A stretch of DNA of 64,000 nucleotides from Lytechinus pictus (lineage: Eukaryota): NCBI RefSeq assembly GCF_037042905.1, contig NC_087250.1:5644001-5708000 (forward strand), read 5' to 3'. Positions 25,166 through 62,339 of this stretch are shown here, one piece after another. How positions within the stretch are numbered: position 1 is the first letter of the stretch; each line of letters starts with the position of its first letter. The notes under the pieces are model-generated. The model saw nothing but the letters and a program-made list of their open reading frames with translations, was not told the origin of the DNA and ran no database searches. A program made the position numbers and the translations under genes.

Positions 25166-27479
25166 TTTTTTTTTAACTATGGACTTATATTGATTTATAT
25201 TCAGAGCCGTAGTCTTTCTTGAGGGGCGTCCTTTTTGAAGCCTTTGTGCTTATAATTGTCCCCTCCCATGCAATGATTATTTATTGTTATTTTACCGTGA
25301 AAAAAATTGGCACTATATTTTATGTTATATGATCATTTTTTTGCATGGAAATAAAGAATCAATCAATCAATCAATTGTTCTATTGAACATTTTTAATTTC
25401 TATTTGTAATTGATAAATTTTAATAAGTTATTTATTTCAGGGGACTCACATAAACGAACGATGCTTTCTTACTTTCCAGTGAGTTCCCTTTTTTCATTTC
25501 TTTTTATTCATATTCTGATCTGTTCCTACTTACTTTGTCACTTTGTTTGAAATGAAGAAGAATAAATTCAATCAATCAATAAGTAAATCATAATGGTTTT
25601 TGTTAGTCTCGGTCATGTTCGCTCATTTGGTTTACTGCTTGCCTGCTAGTATAAAGTATACTTACGCAGACCCTATTGCAAATCAAAATCAATTCAGGAC
25701 TCGATATTTACTCCCTCAAACTGTAGCTATATTATAAATATCAGTAGGCAAAGCTTTATAGTACAAGAACATTGTTACTTTCAACATTAAATGCGTTAGT
25801 TAAGTTTGTTTGGACTGTATTAATTGTTTCAAATGAAAAGGGTCTATAGGAACGGAAACTATAAACGTATAGTCACGTGACGTTGTAAACAGAAATATGC
25901 CATGCATGTTCTGCCTGCTCGATCTCAAAGTTGGGAGAAAATGAGATGTAACCATTATACCAGTCATAAAGATGTATACATCAAAATGTAGGTAATCTAT
26001 TTAGCATTGAGATGACAATCAATCTTGACCTTTTTTACCCTTAGGGATATTCCAGTCAACAAAGGTGCCTGTGTCTCGAAAATACGGGTGGTTTCAAACA
26101 GTTTGCCATAGCAAGATTTGTAAACATGGACACTTTCAAATGAACAGCGAGACGTAAATAGTTAATTAATCGTAATAATATTTACCTCAAATTAATGGAA
26201 TATGATAAAGATTTTCACACTATTATCAATCTGGTGTGAGATAATTAATAGTTATAAAGATATTCCCGGATTTCTGCAATATTACGTTCATGAAAACCAC
26301 TGTTCCCTGTGTTGAAGCTGTGTGTGTGGACTTTCGGACACTCAAATGCACGCGACTAACCATTATGCAATCAATCATCATCATCTCACTGGCATGGCCT
26401 TCATTTTCATCATTATCACCATATCCTCATTCATATCATCTCCATCTTCATCATTATAAAATTATGAACAAAAGAGCATTTCTTTTCTGCTTCATAATTT
26501 ATTTGTTCATTTATTCCGGGGTTGTCATTTTTTCAAGCAATCTGCTTATAATGACAATTCCTCTCCTGCAAACTGTAAAAATGTTTTTTTTTTTTTTGTT
26601 GGTAGTTGATCATACTTGTTTATATAGAATGACTTTTTTATTTAGTATTTTTTTATGATTCATACCAAAATTAATTACCGATATATTATGTTTGTTACGT
26701 AATGATAATTGTATTGCAAACGAATGTCATGAAAGCGGAAGAATACAATAAATCAAATCAAATATAATATAATAGGCCTACATGGGGACATGGGCATGAT
26801 ATCAAGACAGAAAGAAGAAAAAGAATTCCATGCCGATATCAAGTGCGCCCTCTATTGAAAGGTAAACACGGTATGGAGTTCTGCTTCTGCTCGAGAAATT
26901 TCTTTGGTAAGATCTGCATTTGGCCTCTGAAATAAACCGTTATTTATTAGCATTTCGTTTGAATAATGTTATTTTCCTCATTGACTGTTTGCCTTAACAC
27001 ACGTGTAAGTGCCATTGAATCAAAAGTTCGATTTATTGTAACGCAACTTATTCAAGAAAAAGCTGATGTGATCTGAGCTGCGACTTCGTAGTAAAAACAA
27101 ATCACAGTCCCATGCTATTTAAAACCGTGTCGTAATTATTGTAATGCATGAATGTAATTAAGGAGCCACAGCCTGTCCACCCAAGGGCAAGGCCAAGCCG
27201 TTCATTACATGCCGCCTCGCACAGAAAAATCAAACCATAGAAGTCGGGTGTAGTTGACATCAGAAGTGAGATCCCAGCATAGTTTATACAAACCTCGCAA
27301 TACGTGTGAGTGCCCATAGTCACTCTAGGCGACACCCCAATACTTACCCGTGCTAATAAACTGGGACTCCACTCACGCGCATTTGGGCCGCCCTAGCTTA
27401 GAACTAACTGACTAAGCAATATTATCTAGAAATTGTTACATTGTAGTCATTAAATATGTTCTATTAAATAAATTGATAA

Positions 27480-28011
27480 TGTTTAATCGGTACTCACCGG
27501 TTCTTTTGTTGCATTTTCAGACCATTTCTCACAATTCTTTGTAAATATTTGCGGCAAATTTTGTCGCCATGCCCTAGGCCATAGACAGCTTAGCATCCAT
27601 CTTTATTGATAAATGGAGCGCCCTTTACGATAGTTGTTAATGCCGCGGAGAAATCGTTAGGCATTTTGGCCTGTGTTCAAGGCGTTCTTTCTGTTTTATT
27701 TTTTATATTGAAGATTGTGCATTTGTTGAATAGCGCCGTCTACGTCAGGTATGAGATCGAGTGTATAAATACACTCTTCCAAAATAATTATGATTCCGAC
27801 CTGGCGCTGTTTAACTTCAATCTCTTTCACCTAAATTAGCGATGAATGCTAGCATTATAAAATATATATTATTAACGTCTGACGAAAAGAATAACCAACC
27901 GATCAGCTGACGAGAACGCGAATCACGTGATCTTCATATCAGCTTCGATCGCGAGTCAGAAGAGAAGAGCAGCTGCCCAGAAAATCAGGAAAAAGCCGTG
28001 AAAATGTAAGT
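27480..28011. promoter_or_regulatory. Putative CpG-richer bidirectional promoter / first exons
   Basis: Plus-strand donor gtaagt at 28006, minus-strand donor gtgagta at about 27491-27497, palindromic E-box TCACGTGA at 27923-27930, raised CpG density. Confidence 0.4.
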
Positions 28012-28470
28012 TCCCCTTCATTTCTTTCATTTTTTGTTGTTGCTAACGATGCATTTACACTATAAAATTATAATTTAAATAAGAGAAAGGAATATAGCTT
28101 GTACTTGTGATATAATATATAAATATCCTGTTCTCAGAGATTTCTAACCAAAAATACTACTGATGTCGCCTATGAGGTCCATACATGTAATGTTGGACCT
28201 CATTGGTACTAGGAGTGGCCCATAGTATACGTACATTACCGCCGCCGTGCACAGCCACAGGATAACCACTGGCACGGCACTTGCAGTTGCAATACCGGCT
28301 TTAGGGCTATTTTTTTTTAAATTAGCAATACTAGATAGAGATTTTAAATCAGATAAGCTTTGGATATGAAACTTACAAAACGATATGAAGCCAATTTCAT
28401 TTCCTCTGTCTTTCTCAAGTTTCTGGTAATTTATATCGATGATTTTTCTTGATGTCGAAGAGGGCATGGA

Positions 28471-30431
28471 CCACTCACACTATTGCGAGGTTAGTATATG
28501 CTATACGAACCTCGCACAACCAACGTGTTTTTGTAGTGGATTTTAGAGTTGTCGTTAACATCGCTTCATAACGTGAATGATGTTAGCCGAAACCCATTCC
28601 GCTACTCACCAGCGCTTTTTCTGGTAGAAAGCGTTCCATTATCAATTTTTAACATATTTTTTTAATTTAAAGAGGACACGAAAAAGAGCAAAATCGCTTA
28701 CCTCCGCCTGGAAAGTGGCTTCGCACGTCTCTTCCACGGAAATAAAAGGAAGGTCTTTGGTGGCGCTAATACAGTTCGCAACCTTAATTCAGCTTGGTGG
28801 TATTTTTTAAACTAGATTCATGATTCATTGTATGCGCAATGCCAATAATTGTTTGATAAAATAGAGACCCCAATAAAAGCAATAACTTAAAAAACGTACT
28901 TTTTTATTATTTTTGCTGACGATAATACTTTTTGGAAAATATTCAAAACGATGACAAATTAAACAAAAAATATAGAAAATTCTATGTACCTTGAACAAAG
29001 CCCCGCAAGTGCTACCGTTCGTTTGTCAATTAACGTTCCACCAAAGTCTTTACAGTAAAAAGATTGAACACTTTGCCGACTTCGCGTAACGCTTTGCATC
29101 GATTTACGTGTAAGATATTTTTTGTGTCTAGTCTTTCAATTGTAGTGTCTTTGAGTTTGATATGAAGATAAATCGCGCGCCCTCTTTCGCTCATTAGACG
29201 AAAAATTTGAGAGCTAGAAAGGTAGCTCTCGTATTTTTTCAACGAGAAGAAAATCAACGCTTAAATGACGCATTTTGAGGGATATTCATCAACTTATGAG
29301 GAATTGACTTCACATCGTTTTGTAAGTTTCGTAGGAGGACTTCATTCTGTAAGTCCTCGTATTAATTTTTCGTAAATTAACGTTATTTGTTGAATGCGCC
29401 ATGCCTTCAATTATTCTGTAGTCGGCGGCTGAGATGTAGCCGTGGGTGGCATGGACCAGATTCGCCTGTTTTCTCTATACGCAAAGAGAGGGCGCTATAT
29501 TATTTAATAAACTTGCTTGTTTACGTCGGATCAGCTGTACTGCTGGTTGCGTTCTAGGCGCTCAGCATTTTTTGACAAGCAAAAAAAAAAAGTTATCAAC
29601 CCAACTTTTAGGGGGGGTCCACCTGAATTTTTTTTTTGGGGGGGGTGGGTGCAGGAAACAAAAATGATAAGCAAAAAAAAAAAAAGTAATCAACCCAACT
29701 TTTAGGGCAGGACCACACAAATTTTAGGTGGGGTCCACCTGAATATTTTTTTTGGGGGGCGGGCGCAGGAAACAAAATTGATAAGCAAGAAAAAAAGGGT
29801 TATCAACAAAAAATTGAGGGGGTGACGTTCCCCACCTCAAATTTAGGGGGACACAACCCCCCTTCCCCCCCCCATCCCCGCTTCCGCCGCCTATGTCTGC
29901 ACCCTCGATAAACTAGCCTCATCATCCCACTTTCCCGACTGCACTCGCAAGACATCTTGCTCGTTCAGTCCCCTTTCATCATATATTTATTTGTTTGATT
30001 GTTTAATTATTGTATACATGCAAAGAATCTTTATTTATATGAATTGTGATTGTAAGAAGAAAATAAAATATCATTAGAAAAAAAAAATGAGATGCAACCT
30101 GTTGATTTTTTTTGTTCAGTTTTCTATTATGCGCCGACGACTTGAATCGAGACTGGTCGATAGGAGAAATTCGCATTTCGATTGTTGTTTGCGTAATTTT
30201 CACCGCAGTATTAAGGATCGGACGGAGTATCTTGGCCGAGATTTGGAGGTAAGCGTTAAAAATCACTTTTATAAATAATTTCGACCACATTTTTAATTAA
30301 TAAATTTAGAAGATTTTGGCGTGTTTTATTCTATCACATTGTTGTGATGAATGAAAACGTCAAAATTCATTATGAAATGACATGCGTTGTGCGAGGTTAG
30401 TACAACTAACCTCGCATGCTTGTGTGAGTGG
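28471..30431. mobile_element. About 2-kb TIR element with hairpin-forming subterminal repeats (CACT-type ends); a diverged partial copy follows at 30448-31100
   Basis: ccactcacac…gcgaggttagta…aacctcgcacaac at the left end, and its reverse complement at 30387-30431. Confidence 0.6.
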
Positions 30432-32424
30432 TGTGAGTGCAGCCTGTCCACTCACATACGAGGTTAGTAATGTTATACTAACCTCGTACACCGGACCGCG
30501 TTTGACCCTGGATTTCTATTAGTCAGCAAACATCGCTTCATTGCAGTAGTAATATTTGCCGAAACTCCTCGCTACTCACTGGGGCTCTTTCCGGTAAGTA
30601 GCAATATAAAATTTAATTTGGAAATAAAAATCGTACAAAAAAGAGCAAATTTGCTCTCCTCGGCCTGGAATTTTGTGGAAAGTGACTTTGCCTGTCTCTT
30701 CTACAGAAATACAAGGAAGCCCGTTGGTGGCGCTAATAAATTTCACAACCTTATATTCAGCTCCTCGGTAGTTTTATAACTGTGTCTAAATTATTTGAAT
30801 GCGCAATTCTTACTTGACTAATTATGGGCACCAATAAATGAAATACCTTCAAAAACATAATTCAAGATTATTATTGGCAATGATAACACTTTTTTGCAAA
30901 AACGATGACTAATGAAAAAAAAAAGGAAAAATATACGTACCTGGGACGAAACCTGCAGTACAAGCTTTAACGAACATCAATAATACTACTGTCTACCAAA
31001 GTCTATACAATGAAAAGATTAGACACTTCACGTCGATTTGCGTGTAAAATAGTTTAGGTGCCTAGTCTTTCCCTTGTTGTGATTTTGATATGAATTACAT
31101 TTCATTACATTGAACAAGAATTCATTCACTAAAAAATGCAGAAAAAAATGAAAGAAAGAAAACTAAAAGAAGAACGAAAATGGAAAATAAAAATGCAGAA
31201 AAGAAAGAAGAATTGATGCATAAAAACAAAGAAAAATATTGTTAAAAATAGGAAGAGATGTGATAACCCTCTAGCTATCGTAAACATCATAGATATTAGA
31301 GATAAAAGACAAGAACTTTTTCAGAATACCACTTATCTACAATATGTTCTTATCTTTTTTAAATAGCGCACTTTGGCATTATATGCACTATTTATAAATT
31401 TACGCGCTCAGCATAGGAAGCAATATAAAGCATGAAAGATAAGATAAAAAGATAATGTTTTCAGAATAGTAATTTGAGATTGTGAGGCAGGTAAGAACAT
31501 GTGAGATAAGAACGTTTTCAGAATGAAAAGGGGCAAGGAGCACAAGTGATAAACGGAACAAAACAAAACAAAATTTCCCAAGTTATCGAGACTTCCAGAA
31601 TGCATCACGGGTAAGGTTTCGTCCAAACATGTGATAAACCTCTATGGTTTCTTGCGATTTTTGTTTCTTTTTCGATTTGTCACCATTGAACACCAGAGAA
31701 GCGGCCAATAAGAAGATTTATCGTCACGCTTAAAAAATTTGTGAGTTTTATTTCATTATTTATGTTAATTTGCCCTTTTTTATTTACATTCTCGATGAAT
31801 TATTGATATACCTCTGACGTTAGATCTAGTTAGTAATACTTGGGACGAGGGATGTGGAAGCTAGGAGCAATTAATATTTTGTCCATTGCCTGATATGCTG
31901 CCGAGAACAAAGTTATATTGGCTATACATGTAGATATAACCTTGTTCATTCATTCATTTTCATTCATTTATTGATTCCACTTTTAAAACAAATAACATAA
32001 TATACATAACAAATGTATTTGTAAACATAGTGTATCAAAGATCAAATTAAATATCTATCATAAAGTATTTAAACATAAGGTACACTACAAAATGTAAAAA
32101 AAGTGAGGAGCCTAAATAAAAAGCAGAGCTTGTAGAAAATTAGGCTCCCATTGGGAGAAAATATAAGTTCTTACTTTGGGCGAACAAATGTGGAAACGGA
32201 ATACATATTTATTACATTGAATGTTTTACACAAAATATATCGAAAGGTATCAAGTAACCAGAAAATGATGAAGTAGAAAATTGTTTCCTGGATGAGTGGA
32301 GGTTTGGGTACCAAAAACACCCAAAAGTAAACCAAAAAAAGGGCAAGACTTCCGTATGGCCCCTCCACTAAAATTGAAAAAAAAATATGGAGGATGTTTG
32401 TCAAGAATTATCTAACATATATAT

Positions 32425-35400
32425 GTGGGCCATCCTGGGAAAATGGGTATTATAGGTGAAATTGTGGATTTTGGTTTTTTTATGTTTTCTGGTACATGGA
32501 CACATGTACAATGTGTATACAAAATATTAGAGTCTAATTCATATTTGAATTAGAGATATGGCCAATTGAATCAGGGGTACCCCCCCCCCCCCTGCCTGGC
32601 TGTATGGGTCGTCATGGTAGTCGGGCTTATTATTCATCTTTTCATGATAGGGAAATGTTGGTTCTTTTGTAACGCCCAACATACCTGGCATAGGCGAGGT
32701 GATCTTTTGTAGTGCAGACATGATTTTTATATATACACAGCTAGGCGAATACAATAAAACAAATTATTCTACATATTCAACCACACCCACACTAGAACCC
32801 ACACCCACACACTCACATTACATGCAAAAAAAAACCCTTATGGAGACTATTTGTCATACTATATATAGTTCGTCATAGCGCGTAGTTTTAACATGAGAGG
32901 AGGTTCCCAGATCAAATGACCAGGGGAAGATGGGGTTGGGTTATTCATCTGATTTTTTTGTTGTTGGGGGGGGGGCGCCCACCCCCACAGGCGCCGCAGA
33001 ACATTTTTTGAAAATGGGAGGGGCTGTCCATGCAAAAAAAAATCACAATCAAATGGTAATTTTTTACATGTTTATACATGCGTTCTGGGGAAAAAAAGGT
33101 GGGGCCAAAGCCCCTGCCCACCTCCATCCTAGATTTGTCCCTGCCCTTAACCCCCCCCCCCAAAAAAAAAAAAAAGACACCACCATGCTGTTTGTCCATA
33201 CGTCACTTTCTCGCAAAGTAAAATCTAAAAGAAATCATGCTTAAGCTTTGGAAAATAACCACAAACAAAATTCAATTTTGCAAAACCAAGTTTTTTCGGT
33301 GGCAATACACAAAAGTGAAAAGCTGATGCGAGCTACATTTCATAAAGATTTAATATGACAGCAACTCTTGATGAAATATCAACGTTCATTGAACTAGCGA
33401 ATCAGGAAGCAGAAGGTTCACTGTTTTCATGGTAGTTTTCATTCGAGCAAGGGATCATATCCATATTTAATGAAATGGGCCACATTTGGTTTCTTTTTAG
33501 GGATGGGGTAGTCATGAAAATATATTTCACAAATTGCTGCCAAATTATCTGGATTACTGAAGGATTTTTTTTAGGTCACTTCGTTTGAAAAGAAGAATAA
33601 AACTGTGCATAAAAACTTGGCTCCACATATTAATACGACAGGTATTATAACTAACAAATACATAGTCATCTTTTCTCTGCTACACTCTGTACACGTGTGT
33701 AATGATATGCGTTGTAAACATCCTATGCTTGAATAAAAAAATAATATCAGAGTTTAATTCTTGATATGGAAGAGACTACATACATTTACTCTCTTCTATG
33801 CAGCAGTATTAGCAAAACTCAGGAATGTGCATCGCTCTCCACTGTCCAAATTTGCACTAAAAATGATATAAAACACGATAATCTCTCCTTAGTGTGTGTG
33901 TTTAACATTATCACAAACTTCTTAATACAGCAGCAAACTTACCGCATTTCAATTTTCTACAATGACATCCTTCTAATGGGTTAGCAAACGTTACAAATTA
34001 AGTTTGATTTTTTTATCGAAAAACTTCAGAGTTTGTTCATTCAAAGTAAAACATGTATTCATTGTTAAATTTCCTCTCCTTCCGGGGAGGCCGCGAGGTG
34101 CCTTGTCCTCATCTAAGATCTTTCCATATATCATATTCCCTCTATTTGGAAAATCCAGTTGATAGCTTATCTGGGAGTATCTGAGAGACTATGTCAGCAG
34201 GGTTCACCAAAGGGGATAATTTTCTTCTTCTGCATTGTTTGCTTTCTTCATGTTCCAGTCTTAAAAATGCCACGTTCCGATGACTCAAATCTACATGTTT
34301 GATGAATGTAATTGAAAAGTTCACCGATATTAATGTGTTATAAAAACAGTCACATTACACTCTCATTTCTTCATGATTCATGGACATTTATCAACAACAT
34401 GATATTTAAAATACATTAACGTTTCACTCTTTGGCTTTGTGTAAATGTTACTTGTATTTCTAATAAAGGTGGAAGTACTCCCTGATGTCATTATTTTCTA
34501 CCAAAAATAATTAGATTTAACTATTGTTGGGTAAAAAAATCCCTCCAAAATTCATGAGATGTTCATATTTAAATGTTTAATTTGATATATCACTTGCAAA
34601 AAGATTTCTCTGCATGAGCCTTTATCCAAATTCTATATATTTTTTTTCATTTCTTATTTTTTTTATCATTTTATATTTTTTTATGTTTTCCATAATTCTA
34701 GATTTCATGTACTAATAGTGGTAAAATAAATTTTAAAACAATATCTTATAAAACGGCAATTAATTCGTGGAAAAATCGGTTACAACTGACATGATAAAGT
34801 AAAAACTGGCACACTATTTCCATATAGAATATGGATAAAGCATGGAAAGCTACCTGAAGCTGTGGTAATGGTGAATCCCATATCAGAGTCTTAAAGTACT
34901 TCTTGAAGGGCTGCTGTCAGCTGTATGTTGGTTCTGAGATGTCTTGTCCTCACTGCACTAATACAGTTGCTCTGTAGATCCCGTGCCTTTAACATGTTTA
35001 ACACAACGAAAGAAAACAAGGCCAATTAGTTAACAAATTTTCAGAGTTAAAGTTTATTAAAAAAAAAAACACTACTTAAGAAAAAAAACAAAAAAAAAAC
35101 AATTAAAACTATAATTTTTGTTTATTTTCAAAAAAATGTCTTTTCATTTTTTTAAATAATATTTAATGATTTTGTGTAGAAAGTTGGCGAACCTCATGTA
35201 ATGTAGCTCGACCAGATTGTAGAAAAAATAAGAAATACCCCCCACACCCGCCCCCAAAAATCAAAATATATTGTTATTTTTTAATAAATTTCTTATAAAT
35301 TGTGACAATCTGTTTTCTAGTTATAATTTCGATATCATTTGCACAGCTTTGGTGAAGCTCATACCAAATAGATCCCACCCCCTCCGAAAAAAAAAACAAA

Positions 35401-37148
35401 TTTGAAATCAGAAGTCCGACAAATAAGAATTTGTTAGAAGAGGGGATTTGAAAAATTTCCATAATTAACCCATTTAAAAGGGTACTCCGAGCTGAAAATA
35501 ATTTCATCAAATGTAAGCAAATGCTGCAAATTTCATCAAAATCTGATAACAACTAGATCTGAAAGGGTTTTTCATGCATTATAAAAACAGTTATATGCAC
35601 GTCTTAATAAATATTCGTTAGATGGGCTGATGATGACACCCCACTTTAACTTTTCTTATAACAAAACATGAAATCATACTTATTTTATTTGGTCATACCG
35701 TAACGGCACTAGTATTCAACCCGTTTGGAGAGTTTCCTCAAATATATAGAAATAGGGGCCTATAGAATTTACCTGAATTTCAGACCCGTCTTATTTCCAA
35801 GAGCAAATGCTGGTTATTCTTTTTCCGTTATTTTTTTCTTCAACCAGTTGACTGTGTGCGCGGGCGATCAAATTATACGGCGACGGATTTTGGTACTAGT
35901 ATTCAACCCGTCGGCACTAGTATTCAACCTAGCGATGAAAGATGGCCCTGTCTCTCAATCTGCCCTTGTCCCATCCGACTATGGACTAGACCATTTGAGA
36001 TGAGACCAAACAGGGAATTAATCAAAGCCAGAGATTTACATAGATCTAGATCTAATTTAGCAATCTAAACCCTTTTGAGATTTGATATCAATCCTCACTA
36101 GGTTGAATACTAGTACCATTCAGTGCAAAAGGCCATCGCCGCATAATTCGATCCTCCGCGCATACAGTCGACAGATTGACAAAGAAAATATCGACAACAG
36201 ATTACCCTGGAAATAACAAAGGTATGAAATTAAAATAATTTCCCTATTTCTAAATTTTTTGGGGAATATGTCAAAATCTTTGAATTATGCCGGGTTGAAT
36301 ACTAGTACCCATACGGTACGTGTGTGAATGATATGTCACCTTTTTGCATTAATTAATATCTAGTCTTGGAGGGGGGGGGGGGATAGAACAAACATAATTT
36401 CATGTAACAAGGTGAGACATGATCTTTGCATCAGTTTGTCAAGTAAATTCATAAAAACATGCTGTTTCACCGAAATCCATATCTTTAAATTATCATAGCT
36501 CTTTTACTCCTTGTCCAATTTTGATTTTTTTTTATATAGGTCCTACATTTTTTACAAACTTGTTGCATGTGATAGATTTAACTTAAATGGTTACAAGTAT
36601 GTAACGAAGGCCTATCTAAGTACGTGCAGATCTTGATCTAGTTGATAGCCTAGGCATACATAAGTTAGATCTTAAAAAGGCCGTCAAAGTCCCGGACAAA
36701 TACCGCGAATCGCTGCAGCAGTCGCATGTAATTTGACGTTTAAAGTTGTTCCTAAAAAAGCTCTCTCTCGATCGATCCACATAAACATGCAACACAAAAT
36801 TCACATTCACGTGTTTAGTTGCCATGTTCCTCGCATCGCAATTATCAATGAATTTAACAAAACAACGCAATCTGCAACATAATTTAACTTACCTTCATGG
36901 ATTTCAGCCAAGGGAATTAAATTCAATCGACATGTATCCAAACCCGCCACCAAATATATCGAGCCGATATCCACAGTTCTGAAAAATAAAAATGCGCCTG
37001 ACATTTTTTTTAATTTCCCGCGGGTTGTTTGTTTTGTTTTTCCTCGCGACGCGCGCCAGACAAAAGTTTGATGACACGCGTATTTAAATGACGTCCTAGC
37101 GCATTTATTGTCTATCACCAATAGTCTGGTTTTTGCGCGACGCCACAC
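32425..37148 (-). mobile_element. Possible fossil autonomous DNA transposon (Sola-like ends) with decayed exons and nested MITEs
   Basis: ATAT flanks; imperfect TIRs gtgggccatcctgggaaaa / gtgtggcgtcgcgcaaaaa; stop-ridden exon-like blocks on the - strand. Confidence 0.35.
35698..36316. mobile_element. TA-TSD MITE (pogo-like CCGTA ends) nested in a Kolobok-like MITE
   Basis: TA|ccgtaacggcactagtattcaaccc … gggttgaatactagtacccatacgg|TA. Confidence 0.75.
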
Positions 37149-38022
37149 ATATATCTAAGTGATTTAGGAAGGAAAAGTTTATTAAAAATTTTTCCACCGA
37201 AAACTAAAACAATTGGATTGACAACTGATTAAGTGCATTAGTTATTTATTGCCGCAACTTATTTCATCATAATGGAACACATCATTTACACCTGTATGAA
37301 AAAATGAAATATTTATGATTTCATGTAATAACATAGTAAAAGGGAAAGTGGGGATGTGGCATCATCAGCCAACCTAATGAATATTCATGTTGACGTGTGT
37401 GCATATAGCTGTTTTCACAAAATATTGATAAATTCTAAAATTCAATAACTACTTTATTTGTTATCCGATTTTGATGAAATTTTCAGCATTTTGCTCTGTG
37501 AATTTTACTGTATTTATTGAGATATGAATATTTTCAGCCCAGACCATCCCTTTAAAACTAAAAAGGCGGCCTTATTTACCCTTTGCCCTTCTTTACCCCA
37601 CTCTCCCCTATTTCCTGTGTGGGTAAAATGGGAAAAAACGTCCCCATAATCAAGGACAACCTCAATTTTGATATCAAGACATAATTTGTTTTAGTTTATG
37701 AGGATATCCTTGTTTTCTGGGACAATCCCAATTTTTGGACCGGCACCTTTCCTGACAATAAATAATTTGATGACGAAAATGAAATGAAATGAAAATTGAT
37801 GTTGATAACAGTTGTCGTTGAATTTGTTCTATTCATAACAATGATCAAAGATGACTACATTTGTAGGCTGGTATAACAAGATGCTCTAATACTGAACTAC
37901 TGACTAACATGAAACAAAAACAATAACACATGAATGTTGGCATTAATCTTCAATTTAATCTCTTTATTGTTAAACACAGTTCCTTCTGAATATTGTCTGG
38001 TCCATGATAATCTTCTACAAGA

Positions 38023-61512
<23,490 letters not shown>

Positions 61513-62339
61513 TGGTCGGATCTCCTTAGAATAAGCAGAGTATCTAAAGTCTTCCTGAATGCCTTGCATTTTCAGGACCCATAAGCGGCTTGATTCTTTA
61601 ATTCCCATAGCCCAAAGACTAGATTCTGCTTTACCCAGTAAACAGAATTAATAGTTTTCAGTGGTCTTACACGTTAAACGTGTCTAAAATCATTACAATG
61701 TGACTATTTGAAATAAGAAATACTTATAAAATGTTGTAGTTAGTGACACTTGTTTGTTATATATTTTTACTTTAAAGACATAAATTGATATTTTTAGTAT
61801 GTACTATAAAACACATTCAAGTCGAGATGAAATATGAATATGCCATCGATATTGTGTTGTGAGATTGTAGATAGGTATTTTATGATTACAAATCATACAG
61901 TATGTTAATACCATTTTTTTTGTGTGTGTCACATTGAGCTTTTTATTCCTCCATCCATCCTACAGTGGTTCCCTGATGTCGCAAATCATTTCCATCATGT
62001 AAAATGTTCTGATGTGAAACGTTTCCCATGTAATTATTAATGTTTCCTATGTTATAGGTTATATACCAGCTTGGAGTTACACCAGCAAACGAGCTGTCCT
62101 GCCGAGTTCCTAGCGGGAGTTACCATATCAGAAACAGAATATGGGTGATGCAAAACTGTACTTGTAGTAGCTTCAGATCTCTTTGTTGTCTTCATTTACA
62201 TGTATATTTGTAGTTGCTTGCCTTAAATTCCTTAAAATGTGCAATAATATTTATGATTTAAGTGTATATGTTTGAAAATAATTCCCCAATACAGCCCTAC
62301 TCTCAGGCTACATTACATGAAAGTGTACAGTCAGGAATG

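Noticed and set aside
27905..27945. CTGACGA followed by a hairpin, as a possible hammerhead
   Set aside because: No GAAA after the putative stem II, so the core is incomplete
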